A stretch of DNA of 37,346 nucleotides, from the NCBI GenBank assembly GCA_048938445.1, contig JBHLME010000033.1, positions 1-37,346 of the forward strand, in the 5' to 3' direction. Position numbers and translations under genes: made by a program. Positions 1 to 9,175 of this stretch are shown here, in pieces. Each line of letters starts with the position of its first letter. Within the stretch, counting starts at the first letter, position 1. The notes under the pieces are model-generated. The model did not search any database, was not told the origin of the DNA, and saw nothing but the letters and a program-made list of their open reading frames with translations. The DNA comes from Promethearchaeota archaeon. GTDB taxonomy: Archaea > Asgardarchaeota > Lokiarchaeia > Sigyniarchaeales > SOKP01.

Positions 1-271
1 TTCATAATGAATCTTCATTTTGAGCTTTAATAATTTAAAATTGAAACAAAATCTAATATATTTTTTGAGATGCCTTTATAAGAAGTAAAAGTTACAAGTT
101 TTTTCCAAGATATTCTCATAAAAATCAGAATCTGAATTTACCTTTCCATTTCAATTTCACAGAAAATTGGGATCAAATTTAAAAAAACTCAAATTTTGCC
201 TCGTTTTTCTTAAAATAAAGGAAAAAAAAATTCTCAAAAACGATAGAAAAATAAGATCTTAAACCCTATGT

Positions 272-970
272 CTAATACTCAATATTCCTTAGATATTTTT
301 GTGTCCATGGACATATATAGATACATAAACCACACATACCCTCTCTTAATTTTAATTTTTCTCCCCTTTCAATGATTTTATCTCGACATTTTAAAGCTTC
401 AAAGAAGGTATCTCTCTCCAGATTTATATCCCAATTATATCCTCTAACTGCTTCTGCAGGGCAGATCTTTTTACATTCTTCACACTCACCACATTTCGAG
501 CTATTTATTGGTCTCCCTACCTTTATCTCAGCATTAGTTAATACAGTAGTAAGACGAATTGCAGCACCAAATTGTTCTGTAATTAACAAAGCACATTTCC
601 CAATCCATCCAAGACCCGCTCTTGTAGCAACAGTTTTATGAGGTAAATCTGTTCTTTTAGTATTTTGATCTATAAAAATATTTTTTTGACTTTTAGAAAA
701 GGCATCATATCCTTTACTTTTTAGAAGTAATTCCGTATAATCACCAATTTCATTTAATCTTTCATTTACATAGTCATATTCATTATAATAATCCAAACTT
801 GGTCCGGGATTAATTTTTTTTATAACCTTTGGATTTAACTTTATTCCTATGACTATACCATACCTTAGATCATTTCTTATTTGATAGGATACATTTTTTA
901 AATCTGCAAAACCTACTATTGAAGCGCCTTTAGAGATTAACTTATGATGAATTTCTTGATTTAAATTCAA
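272..970 (-). CDS. Epoxyqueuosine reductase (QueG)-like / reductive-dehalogenase-like 2x[4Fe-4S] protein
   Basis: HKTVATRAGLGWIGK..LLITEQFGAAIRLTTVLT segment typical of the QueG/RdhA cobalamin-binding fold; CxxCxxCxxxCP (CGECEECKKICP) plus C...CGLCIYICP; TTG start preceded by AGGTGA SD-like motif. Confidence 0.8.
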   Translation of the reverse strand: MNLNQEIHHKLISKGASIVGFADLKNVSYQIRNDLRYGIVIGIKLNPKVIKKINPGPSLDYYNEYDYVNERLNEIGDYTELLLKSKGYDAFSKSQKNIFIDQNTKRTDLPHKTVATRAGLGWIGKCALLITEQFGAAIRLTTVLTNAEIKVGRPINSSKCGECEECKKICPAEAVRGYNWDINLERDTFFEALKCRDKIIERGEKLKLREGMCGLCIYICPWTQKYLRNIEY

Positions 971-1482
971 TCTGTTTCACCTTTTTATTATTAAAGTTTG
1001 TTCTTAGCCTGGCAAGCTCTTGATGAGTTTGATTAATATATTTACATAAGTTCATTATGATAGATATCTTTAATATTTTATTGTACCTTCATTGCCATTA
1101 ATTTCAGTTTAGTTTTTTCATTAAATATTCATTGAAATCAGTCTCTAAATTTACCTTTTCAATCCTCATTAACCATATAATTATATGATTATTTAAAAAA
1201 TTAATAATAATCTCTTCCAATGATCGATTTTCCCTTACTGAATTGATCCGAAGATGCACATCCGTTACACTTCGCTAAGATGGATTCGCAAAATCGTTAC
1301 GCACGAGGCTTCTCCGATAGGGCGACTTCAGAATTTTTCACAAAAAATATGGCTCAGATCGGAGTCATTTTCTTTTTTTTTGATGATAATTTTGAGGTGT
1401 CAATTTGGAGACGAATTATTTATATAAGATTTATTTCATGAAATTACTTAGATATCGGAACGAGATAAAATCACAAGGTTCT

Positions 1483-2478
1483 TTACGGATTTATATTCAA
1501 AGAGTGTGTTTTGAAAAATTCCCACATTAATTCAGAAGCATGAATATCTTCGTTAATGCCACCCATATCTCCTAATCCTAAAAGTTCCACATTAGGATCA
1601 ATATTTCCTCCTGGCCAAGTGTGTCCTCCATCTTCAAGCGTCCATAATATAACTTCAGTATTATTTTCAGTTGAGGTGTATTTTTCCATGACCGCAGCCC
1701 CGATCCTATTTTCTTCTGGTTCAAGTGAACATCCATTAAAATCGACCCATGATTCAATTGATTCAACAACAGGGTACGCATCTGCTTCTAATAATGGTTC
1801 TCCCACTGTCGGAGGGCCTCCATCATAAAGAGATATCGGGTCGTTTAATCCCGAGAATTGCATAATGGAAATTGGGCTTAAAGGAGTTAAATCAAATGTG
1901 TCATTAGCAGGCCTCTGACCTGCAACTGTGGATACTGCTGCAAATTTATCTGTCATCTGTTTTGAAAGACGATAAGTAAATTGCGCACCATTCGAAAAAC
2001 CACATGCATAAACCATTTGATCGTTTATATTAAACTTCTCTTTAACGTCCTTTAAAACTTCTTCTACAAATCCAACATCATCGACAGTATTAGGGGTTCC
2101 ATCGCTAAAATTCCTTCCATCGTTCCAAATTAGTAGTTTTTTTTTATAATATTCATTCGTTGGAGTTCCAGCAGGATAAACTACAATAAACCCATATTTA
2201 TCTGAAACTTGATCCATCTCAGATTCATATTGTACTGAACCAGGATGCCCTCCACCCCCATGAAAAACCATAACTAAAGGTGTTTTTTCATTCTCATGAT
2301 AAGAAGAAGGAACATGCACTATATAATATCTTTCAAGTCCATCGTATTCCAAAGTAAATTCGTAATTTTGAGATGAATTGCTTGATAAAAAAATAATGGA
2401 GACGATAATTCCTATTGTTATTAAACTAATAATAATAACCGCTATCGATACACTTATTAATACTTTCTTTAACCTCAT
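1483..2478 (-). CDS. Membrane-anchored alpha/beta-hydrolase, PHB-depolymerase/LpqC-like esterase
   Basis: N-terminal hydrophobic anchor; HGGGG oxyanion motif, GFSNGA nucleophile elbow, DDVGFV, GGHTWPGG catalytic His motif. Confidence 0.85.
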   Translation of the reverse strand: MRLKKVLISVSIAVIIISLITIGIIVSIIFLSSNSSQNYEFTLEYDGLERYYIVHVPSSYHENEKTPLVMVFHGGGGHPGSVQYESEMDQVSDKYGFIVVYPAGTPTNEYYKKKLLIWNDGRNFSDGTPNTVDDVGFVEEVLKDVKEKFNINDQMVYACGFSNGAQFTYRLSKQMTDKFAAVSTVAGQRPANDTFDLTPLSPISIMQFSGLNDPISLYDGGPPTVGEPLLEADAYPVVESIESWVDFNGCSLEPEENRIGAAVMEKYTSTENNTEVILWTLEDGGHTWPGGNIDPNVELLGLGDMGGINEDIHASELMWEFFKTHSLNINP

Positions 2479-2697
2479 AATATAAAATTTATACTAATCT
2501 CATTCAATATTTTTCCTGTTCTATTATTAAAAAATAATTCATTTATTTTTTTGCTTTTTCTGTTATATGGTTATTTTTGCATTTTATTTCTAAGAGTTAA
2601 ATTTTTAGATTGGTGATCTTTTTTGGATTCTTCCTGCATTTTAAATAACTCAAGATAATTCCAACAGCCCTCATCTTTAATTACATGTTCGGAGTAA

Positions 2698-3123
2698 TTC
2701 TTACCGTATAAACTTAAAAGATTAAGAAATAATCTCCGAGAAATTATCATAAGAGCGACTTATGATGAGATTGAAATTTTGAAGAATTATTCTAGTTTAT
2801 ATGATTCACATTTTGAGCTACCACCTGAGGAAGAGGTAGAACAGTTCTATTTACAAAGAACAAAGCAAAAATTATCAGATTTATTAGATGATTCTATTTG
2901 TGTATGTCCACTATGCACAAATTCAGATAAAGATATGGTGTATATTCCCGAACATAAATCGTGGTATTGTATTGAATGTCAAGATCAAGAACGTATCTGG
3001 TATCCTTGGCATGGAAGTGAAGAAGATAGGAGACAAAACGATTTCGTAAATTAGTATTATGAAGAGAAAGAAAAATTCACTAAAAGGTTTAAGATTAAAG
3101 AAAATAAGTTTTTGAAGGATTAG
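2698..3123 (+). pseudogene. Cys-rich (CPLC...CIEC) zinc-finger-like gene, probably a remnant; annotatable core 2779..3054
   Basis: Frame is open from 2698 with no ATG before the TTG at 2779, and continues in a coding-like way for 22 codons (YYEEKEKFTKRFKIKENKFLKD) after the TAG at 3052-3054. Confidence 0.45.
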
Positions 3124-3158
3124 ATTCTCTATATTGGAGAATTGGAAGCTCTCCTCAA

Positions 3159-3560
3159 TTATACCCTACGGCCTCTATGCCCACCTTTTCTACGGCAGTG
3201 GTCATGAGACTTAGGAGTTACTTCTTCAATTCTTCCAACCATCAAACCAGACCGAGCGAGGGCACGAATGCAAGCTTGAGCTCCTGGACCTGGTGTTTGA
3301 GATTTATTTCCGCCGGGCGCTCTTACTTTTATATGTATGCCCCTAATTCCTTTATCTTTTAACTCAGTTGCGACTCTAAATCCACATTGCATTGCAGCAT
3401 ATGGATTGGATTGATCTCTGTCAGCCTTAACGACCATTCCACCACTACATTTCGCGAATGTTTCTTGACCGCTGAGGTCTGTAGCCGTTACAATCGTATT
3501 GTTATAACTACTAAAAATATGCACGATAGCCCAGTGTTGTTTATTTTCTCTTTTACTCAT
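3159..3560 (-). CDS. rps11: 30S ribosomal protein uS11
   Basis: [42 protein letters not shown]: archaeal uS11 / eukaryotic S14 signatures. Confidence 0.98.
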   Translation of the reverse strand: MSKRENKQHWAIVHIFSSYNNTIVTATDLSGQETFAKCSGGMVVKADRDQSNPYAAMQCGFRVATELKDKGIRGIHIKVRAPGGNKSQTPGPGAQACIRALARSGLMVGRIEEVTPKSHDHCRRKGGHRGRRV

Positions 3561-3578
3561 GTTATTAAACCATTAATT

Positions 3579-4076
3579 TTATTCTTTTACTGTCGCAAAA
3601 GGACTGCTTGCTGCGAAGCTAATGAGGTCTTCTTCCTCTTTTTTAACAATATATGAAGGAGCATTAATTCTTTTACCGCGTATTTGAATGTGTTTATGGA
3701 CAATCATTTGTCTAGCTTGATATACCGAACGTGCTAAACCTTTTTCAAAAACGATAGTTTGTAATCTCCTTTTTAATAAATCTTCCACGGTCAAGAGAAG
3801 AACATCTTCAAATTCTGCTTCGGTTCCTACAATACCTAATCTATTTAGTTTTTTAAGAAGAGTTTGTTGTACTTCTTTTGCTCTATCTTTTGGTAATGTT
3901 CTTGATTGTCTGGCAATTTCTCTCCATCTAGCTAGCATGGTACGAGATTTCCAAAATTCTCTTTTATTTCTAAGACCATATTTACCTATGAACTCAAGTT
4001 CTTCTAAGATTCTCTCTTTTTCGAAAGGTCTTTTCGGTTTCTTAAATTTCTTTTTCAAGCGTCTAGGATCTCCCAT
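3579..4076 (-). CDS. rps4: 30S ribosomal protein uS4
   Basis: MGDPRR, YGLRNKREFW, RRLQTIV..GLARSVYQARQMIVHKHI, PSYIV. Confidence 0.98.
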   Translation of the reverse strand: MGDPRRLKKKFKKPKRPFEKERILEELEFIGKYGLRNKREFWKSRTMLARWREIARQSRTLPKDRAKEVQQTLLKKLNRLGIVGTEAEFEDVLLLTVEDLLKRRLQTIVFEKGLARSVYQARQMIVHKHIQIRGKRINAPSYIVKKEEEDLISFAASSPFATVKE

Positions 4077-4238
4077 TTGTTAAACACCGCTAATAACTTT
4101 CTCTCAAATAATTCCTCATTATTCCAATAAAATCTATTGTTAGTATTATTTAAAATGTAAGGATTAATATTAATTTTTTTGTTTTCTAATGTTATTAAAG
4201 TTTTAATGTGAAAAAGAAATTCTAATCTATTTAAAAGA

Positions 4239-5615
4239 TTACCTAGTGACATTTAATTCTTCAATTGTTTCATTAAGAGCATTAAAATATTTTAAATTTG
4301 CTGTATCTCCAGCTATTTTAACATTCATATAGCAGTACATTTCATCATACCAATTATCAAATATTGTAGTTCCACCACTCACTCCTACTGTAGTATAAAT
4401 TATTCCTGACCTGTTTTCCAAGTTATAATTATGAGAATGACCTGAAAATACCAAATCAACATCATATTGGAGGAATATAGAGTGAAAAGTGTCAATCATT
4501 TCCTGGCCAAAGTTGCAATGACACATGAAGATCGTCCAATCATTCTTAGGTATTGTTTTAATTTGATCTTCAAACCATATTTTTTGCGCATGATTATATT
4601 CTTCAATACCCCATTCGAGATCCAACAAAAAGAAGTGAATATTGTTAATATCAATTCTGTACCAGAATCTAGAACCTGTTTGAATTGTCATTCCAATTGG
4701 ATAAAAATAATCTAAAAAGTATTGTGCGCCTCCTAAAATTGATTCATGATTTCCAATAACAGGTCTAAAAGGAATCTTTGAAGTAAAAGGGGAGAAAGTA
4801 TCTAAACCTAACTTCCACTCATAATCATCAAAACCCAGGTCTACAAAATCACCTAAAAAGAAAAAGGCATCATTTCCACTTGAAGGATCTGATATCAAAT
4901 TTAGCAGGTTAATTGTGCCTTCAATATTACGTGAAAAAGGACCAAAATGGGAGTCGGTTGCAACAGCAAACGTTATCGTATCATTAGTAGCAGGTGGTGT
5001 GGTAAAAGTATAGTTCTCTCCTACATTATTTATTTGATACCAATAAGAAGTATCTGGTTTGAGATCATTTAAAAGAAAAACATGTGAATTCTTATAACTT
5101 GTCTCTTCCTCAATAAATATTTCTGAACTATTACCCCATATAAGTATATTCTTTGTTTCTTGTTGAGTCCAAAATGACACTGCGAGGTTAGGAATACCAT
5201 ATTTTCCTGTACCATCACATAAAAGGAGATGTGGTGGTTTATCTCCCGCAGGATGAGATAAAGATATAGTAGTAAACCCAAAAAAACCCACTGGTATCAA
5301 TAAGCTAAAAAGAAATGCTAGCCATACAAATCTTCTTGGGATGTGGTGAGTTGTGCTTATAATAGACAAGATCATATCAAATAAGGCCATTATAGGTCCA
5401 ATTAATGCACAAAAAATAAAAATATAGACAAGTAATTTATAGACAATAAAAGTTTGAAATGTCCCTACTGTACCATGTAAACTAAAAAACCATATTATTA
5501 TACATATAGTTATAATTGGACTATAAATTACGAAAAATACCCAATAGATTTTTTTTAATTTACTCATTTGTGAGAAATAATTCTTTAAATATAGTCCTAT
5601 CATGTATTCACTCAA
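4239..5615 (-). CDS. Membrane-anchored purple-acid-phosphatase-like metallophosphoesterase (3 TM + FN3-like + calcineurin-like domain)
   Basis: Three N-terminal hydrophobic helices; HVFLLNDLKPDTSYWYQI FN3-like segment; intact metal motifs DSH, GDFVD, GNHE, CH, GHSH. True start may be a downstream ATG (5603 or 5567). Confidence 0.85.
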   Translation of the reverse strand: MSEYMIGLYLKNYFSQMSKLKKIYWVFFVIYSPIITICIIIWFFSLHGTVGTFQTFIVYKLLVYIFIFCALIGPIMALFDMILSIISTTHHIPRRFVWLAFLFSLLIPVGFFGFTTISLSHPAGDKPPHLLLCDGTGKYGIPNLAVSFWTQQETKNILIWGNSSEIFIEEETSYKNSHVFLLNDLKPDTSYWYQINNVGENYTFTTPPATNDTITFAVATDSHFGPFSRNIEGTINLLNLISDPSSGNDAFFFLGDFVDLGFDDYEWKLGLDTFSPFTSKIPFRPVIGNHESILGGAQYFLDYFYPIGMTIQTGSRFWYRIDINNIHFFLLDLEWGIEEYNHAQKIWFEDQIKTIPKNDWTIFMCHCNFGQEMIDTFHSIFLQYDVDLVFSGHSHNYNLENRSGIIYTTVGVSGGTTIFDNWYDEMYCYMNVKIAGDTANLKYFNALNETIEELNVTR

Positions 5616-5914
5616 CTTTTTAGCAAGATCTTAAAAATCGATAATCATGATTTAATTGTATAATGCATCGTGAAGATCAAATTTCATCTTTTCTTATAAT
5701 AAGTTCAAGCATTATATTTAATTATTATCAATCATCATGAAATGATCACATGAATTAAAGACTCATTTCTTAAATATAAAACACATTATTAACAGTTAGA
5801 CCTATTGTTTTATATTTATTGCTAGAAAATTTAATTATTGACTAATTCTTAGCTATTAGAATTTAGTTAATTTTTAAAATTTGAAAATTGAGCATGTCTA
5901 ATTAACTTATTTCC

Positions 5915-6403
5915 CTATTTTTGCCCTTTTTTACGTCTAATTACACCTACTACTAGTCCATGACGACCAGTAGATTTGGTTCTTTGTCCACGTACTTTTA
6001 AATGAAAATGGTGCCGAACTCCCTTATAACTTCTAATTTTCTTCATTCGTGCAACATCTCTTTTAACGGTAATCTCTAATTGGTTTCCAATTAGATGTTT
6101 ATCCGTCCCCTCTCTCAAATCATTTTTTCTATTCACCATCCAATTAGGAATTCCATTTTCAACAGGATTTAAAATGATTTCTTCTATTCTATTAAGATCT
6201 TTTTCGGATACTGCCCCAATTCTCATATTTGGATCGATTTCAGCAACCATTACAACAGCTTGTGCAAATCTCCTTCCAACACCTCTAATTTGCGTCAAAG
6301 CGTGTTCAACCTTAGCGCTTCCATCAACTTGAGACTTGAGTTTACGGAAATATGGTTTTTCTTTATAATTTTTTGGTCGTATAGCAGGTAAAGAACCACT
6401 CAT
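5915..6403 (-). CDS. rps13: 30S ribosomal protein uS13
   Basis: ALTQIRGVGRRFA, IPNWMVNRKND, SYKGVRH, KVRGQRTKSTGR. Confidence 0.98.
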   Translation of the reverse strand: MSGSLPAIRPKNYKEKPYFRKLKSQVDGSAKVEHALTQIRGVGRRFAQAVVMVAEIDPNMRIGAVSEKDLNRIEEIILNPVENGIPNWMVNRKNDLREGTDKHLIGNQLEITVKRDVARMKKIRSYKGVRHHFHLKVRGQRTKSTGRHGLVVGVIRRKKGQK

Positions 6404-6613
6404 ATATAATCATTAATATTATTTTATTCTTGTTATAAATTGAGTAATTTTTTACTTTTAATTAATTTTTTGGTTTTAACTTCGAGTAGACCTTGAAAAG
6501 TCAAATTCTTGAAGATAAAGAGGTTATTTTATTTAAAATTCAAATACTATAATATCTAATTTTAATTATAAAACATATCAATAGTTAATGATAAGAATTA
6601 GAGGGTCATTTGC

Positions 6614-7912
6614 TTGCTTGATATAGAACTGTTTAGAACAAATTTAGATAAAATAATAGAATCGGAAAAAAAGAGGTTTAAAGATCCTTCAAATGCCGAA
6701 AAAGTTTTTGAATTTGATAAGAAATGGCGTGAAACTAATACTAAATGGGAAAAAGCGAGGCAAAAAAGCAATGAGACAAGCCAAAAAATAGGAGATTTAA
6801 AGAAAACTAAGAAAGAAAAAGATGCTAAAGAAGCAGATCAATTGATTAAATTTAATAAAAAATTGAAGAAAGAGATCGAGGATCTTGATGAATTAAAGAA
6901 TGAATACAAGAAGGAGAGGAAGAAATATAGATATATTGTTGGAAATATATTACATGAGTCCGTTCCTATAGGAAAAACTGAAGAAGATAATGAAGTTGTT
7001 CGAAATGTAGGAGATCTTCCAAAATTTAGTTTTAAACCTATAAATCATGTAAAATTGGTAGAATTGATTGATGGAGCAGATACTCAAAAGGCTTCTGAAG
7101 TAGTTGGATCCCGATTTTATTATTTAAAAGGAGATTTAGTAAATTTAAATTTAGCTTTAATGAGATTCGCAATGGATATTTTACAAGATAAAGGTTACAT
7201 CCCAATGTGGACCCCTTTTTTCATCAAGCATGAAGTCATTGAAGCTGCAGCAGAATTGGCTGATTTCGAGGAGCAATTATATAAAATACAAGATGAAGAT
7301 TTGTTCATGATCGCTACTTCAGAACAAACTTTAGCCGCATTCCATTATGATGAGATAATTGAACCAGAAAGCTTACCCATTAAATATGCAGGAATTTCTT
7401 CTTGCTTTAGAAGAGAAGCAGGTTCTCATGGTAAGGATACTCTTGGTATTTTTCGAGTTCATCAGTTTGAAAAGATTGAGCAATATGTTTTTTGCAAACC
7501 AGAGGATTCTTGGGAAATTCATGAAGAATTGATAAAAAATGCGGAAGAAATTTATAAATTGTTGAAATTACCATATAGAATTGTAAATATTACTTCAGGA
7601 GAATTAAATGATAATGCTGCTAAGAAATATGATCTCGAGGCGTGGTTTCCCGCTTCAGAAACATACCGAGAACTTGTTTCTTGTAGTAATTGTACAGATT
7701 ATCAAGCAAGAAAATTAAAGATCAGGATGGGAAAGGTTGGTTCAGATAAAGAAAAAATTACTTTACACACTCTTAATTCTACAGCAATAGCAACTGAAAG
7801 AACAATTTGCTGTATTTTAGAGAATTATCAAAATGAAGATCATTCAATTACTATTCCAAAAGTATTACAAAAATATATGAATGGAAAAAAATTAATTAAT
7901 GCTGTGAAATAA
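6614..7912 (+). CDS. serS: Serine--tRNA ligase
   Basis: N-terminal coiled-coil arm, ATSEQ, CFRREAGSHGKDTLGIFRVHQFEKIEQ (motif 2), ELVSCSNCTDYQAR, HTLNSTAIATER (motif 3). Confidence 0.98.
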   Translation: MLDIELFRTNLDKIIESEKKRFKDPSNAEKVFEFDKKWRETNTKWEKARQKSNETSQKIGDLKKTKKEKDAKEADQLIKFNKKLKKEIEDLDELKNEYKKERKKYRYIVGNILHESVPIGKTEEDNEVVRNVGDLPKFSFKPINHVKLVELIDGADTQKASEVVGSRFYYLKGDLVNLNLALMRFAMDILQDKGYIPMWTPFFIKHEVIEAAAELADFEEQLYKIQDEDLFMIATSEQTLAAFHYDEIIEPESLPIKYAGISSCFRREAGSHGKDTLGIFRVHQFEKIEQYVFCKPEDSWEIHEELIKNAEEIYKLLKLPYRIVNITSGELNDNAAKKYDLEAWFPASETYRELVSCSNCTDYQARKLKIRMGKVGSDKEKITLHTLNSTAIATERTICCILENYQNEDHSITIPKVLQKYMNGKKLINAVK

Positions 7913-7939
7913 AGTCAATGATAATAAGGAATTAGAGAA

Positions 7940-9175
7940 ATGAAAGAAATTGAATTAGAGGAGTTTGAGGATTATTATAAGCAAAAGATTAATGCAATAT
8001 ATGCAAAGATAAAAAAAAACGTTGCTAAACTAATCGCAGATATGGAAACTAATTTAGCGGATGTGAGAAATAGTTTAGATCACTTTGAACAAGCTGCAGG
8101 TGATAGACTTGGAGATAAAGCATTAAGATCTTTGAAGTTTTTTACCGATCGAATCAATAAAGATATAAATGAAATTGCAATTCCAAAAGAAGATGAGATT
8201 TATTATGATAATTTGATGGAACTTTCTAGTTCAATCAAAAAGATTTTCACGACTATAAATGAAACTGCCAGAAAATCGCTTCCAAAATTTCAAAAAGAAG
8301 TTCAACCTCAAATAAAAGAGCTCAATTACTTGACACGTAAACTTCAGAAAAAATTAGCCATATATAATGAATTTATTAGAAAACGTTATGGTGATGTGAA
8401 AACTGCAGAGGAGTTATTAAAAAAAATTCCAAAATTATTTTCACTTAAAGATAATATTGAACATGCCAAAAAAGATAAAACTGAATTTGAAAATGAGTTC
8501 GAAGAAAGGAATAAAAATCAACAGGAATTAAATAAAAAATTATTAGAACTAGAAAAAAATGAACTGTTCAAGGAACTTAAGGAAGAGAGAGAGGCACTAT
8601 TTCAATTAAGAATTGCAATAAATGATGAATTAAGCTTTAAAAAAGCTTTAAAAAAATTAAAAGTTGGATTGGAGAAAGATACAATAAATGTTCCAGGTGT
8701 CGATATTAATTATCTTAGAGATTTTTTAAAGCATCCAATTAAATTATTAGCAAGCGATTCAGCTGACTTGCAGAAATTCACGAGTCTATTAGTTAGACTA
8801 AGACATGCTTTAGAGGAGAATAAATTAAATCTTAAAACAGATAAAAAAGATAAAACTATAGAACATATCAATAAAATATTTGAGGAAAAAAAATTGCATG
8901 AGAATATTGATGAATTAAAGGAGAATCAGGTAAAAATTAAAGCAATAAAAGCAAAGATAGAAAATGCTGGACTTGCAGGTAAATTAGAAGATATTAAGCA
9001 CCAAATTTCATTAAATACCGTGAAATTAGAACATTTAGAAAATGATAAAAATAAAAAAGATAATGATTTCACTAGGTATTTGGCATCTTTGAAGCAGCAA
9101 AGGGAGGAATTTCAAAAATTGGTTAAAGATACTATAGGTGAAGACATAAAAATTAATATATCATTTTCATTTTAA
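7940..9175 (+). CDS. Uncharacterised long coiled-coil protein
   Basis: 411-aa Lys/Glu/Leu-rich heptad-pattern ORF 27 nt downstream of serS; no catalytic motifs recognised. Confidence 0.8.
   Translation: MKEIELEEFEDYYKQKINAIYAKIKKNVAKLIADMETNLADVRNSLDHFEQAAGDRLGDKALRSLKFFTDRINKDINEIAIPKEDEIYYDNLMELSSSIKKIFTTINETARKSLPKFQKEVQPQIKELNYLTRKLQKKLAIYNEFIRKRYGDVKTAEELLKKIPKLFSLKDNIEHAKKDKTEFENEFEERNKNQQELNKKLLELEKNELFKELKEEREALFQLRIAINDELSFKKALKKLKVGLEKDTINVPGVDINYLRDFLKHPIKLLASDSADLQKFTSLLVRLRHALEENKLNLKTDKKDKTIEHINKIFEEKKLHENIDELKENQVKIKAIKAKIENAGLAGKLEDIKHQISLNTVKLEHLENDKNKKDNDFTRYLASLKQQREEFQKLVKDTIGEDIKINISFSF

Noticed and set aside
1213-1254. Possible SECIS element (ATGA-containing hairpin)
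   Set aside because: The tandem GA core geometry is not satisfied and I found no adjacent gene with an in-frame TGA at a Cys-equivalent position
3052-3054. Pyrrolysine read-through of the internal TAG in the Zn-finger remnant
   Set aside because: TAG is an ordinary stop elsewhere in the window (rps13, HIT, and the Ubl, which must end in GG), and no pyl genes are present; a nonsense mutation is simpler
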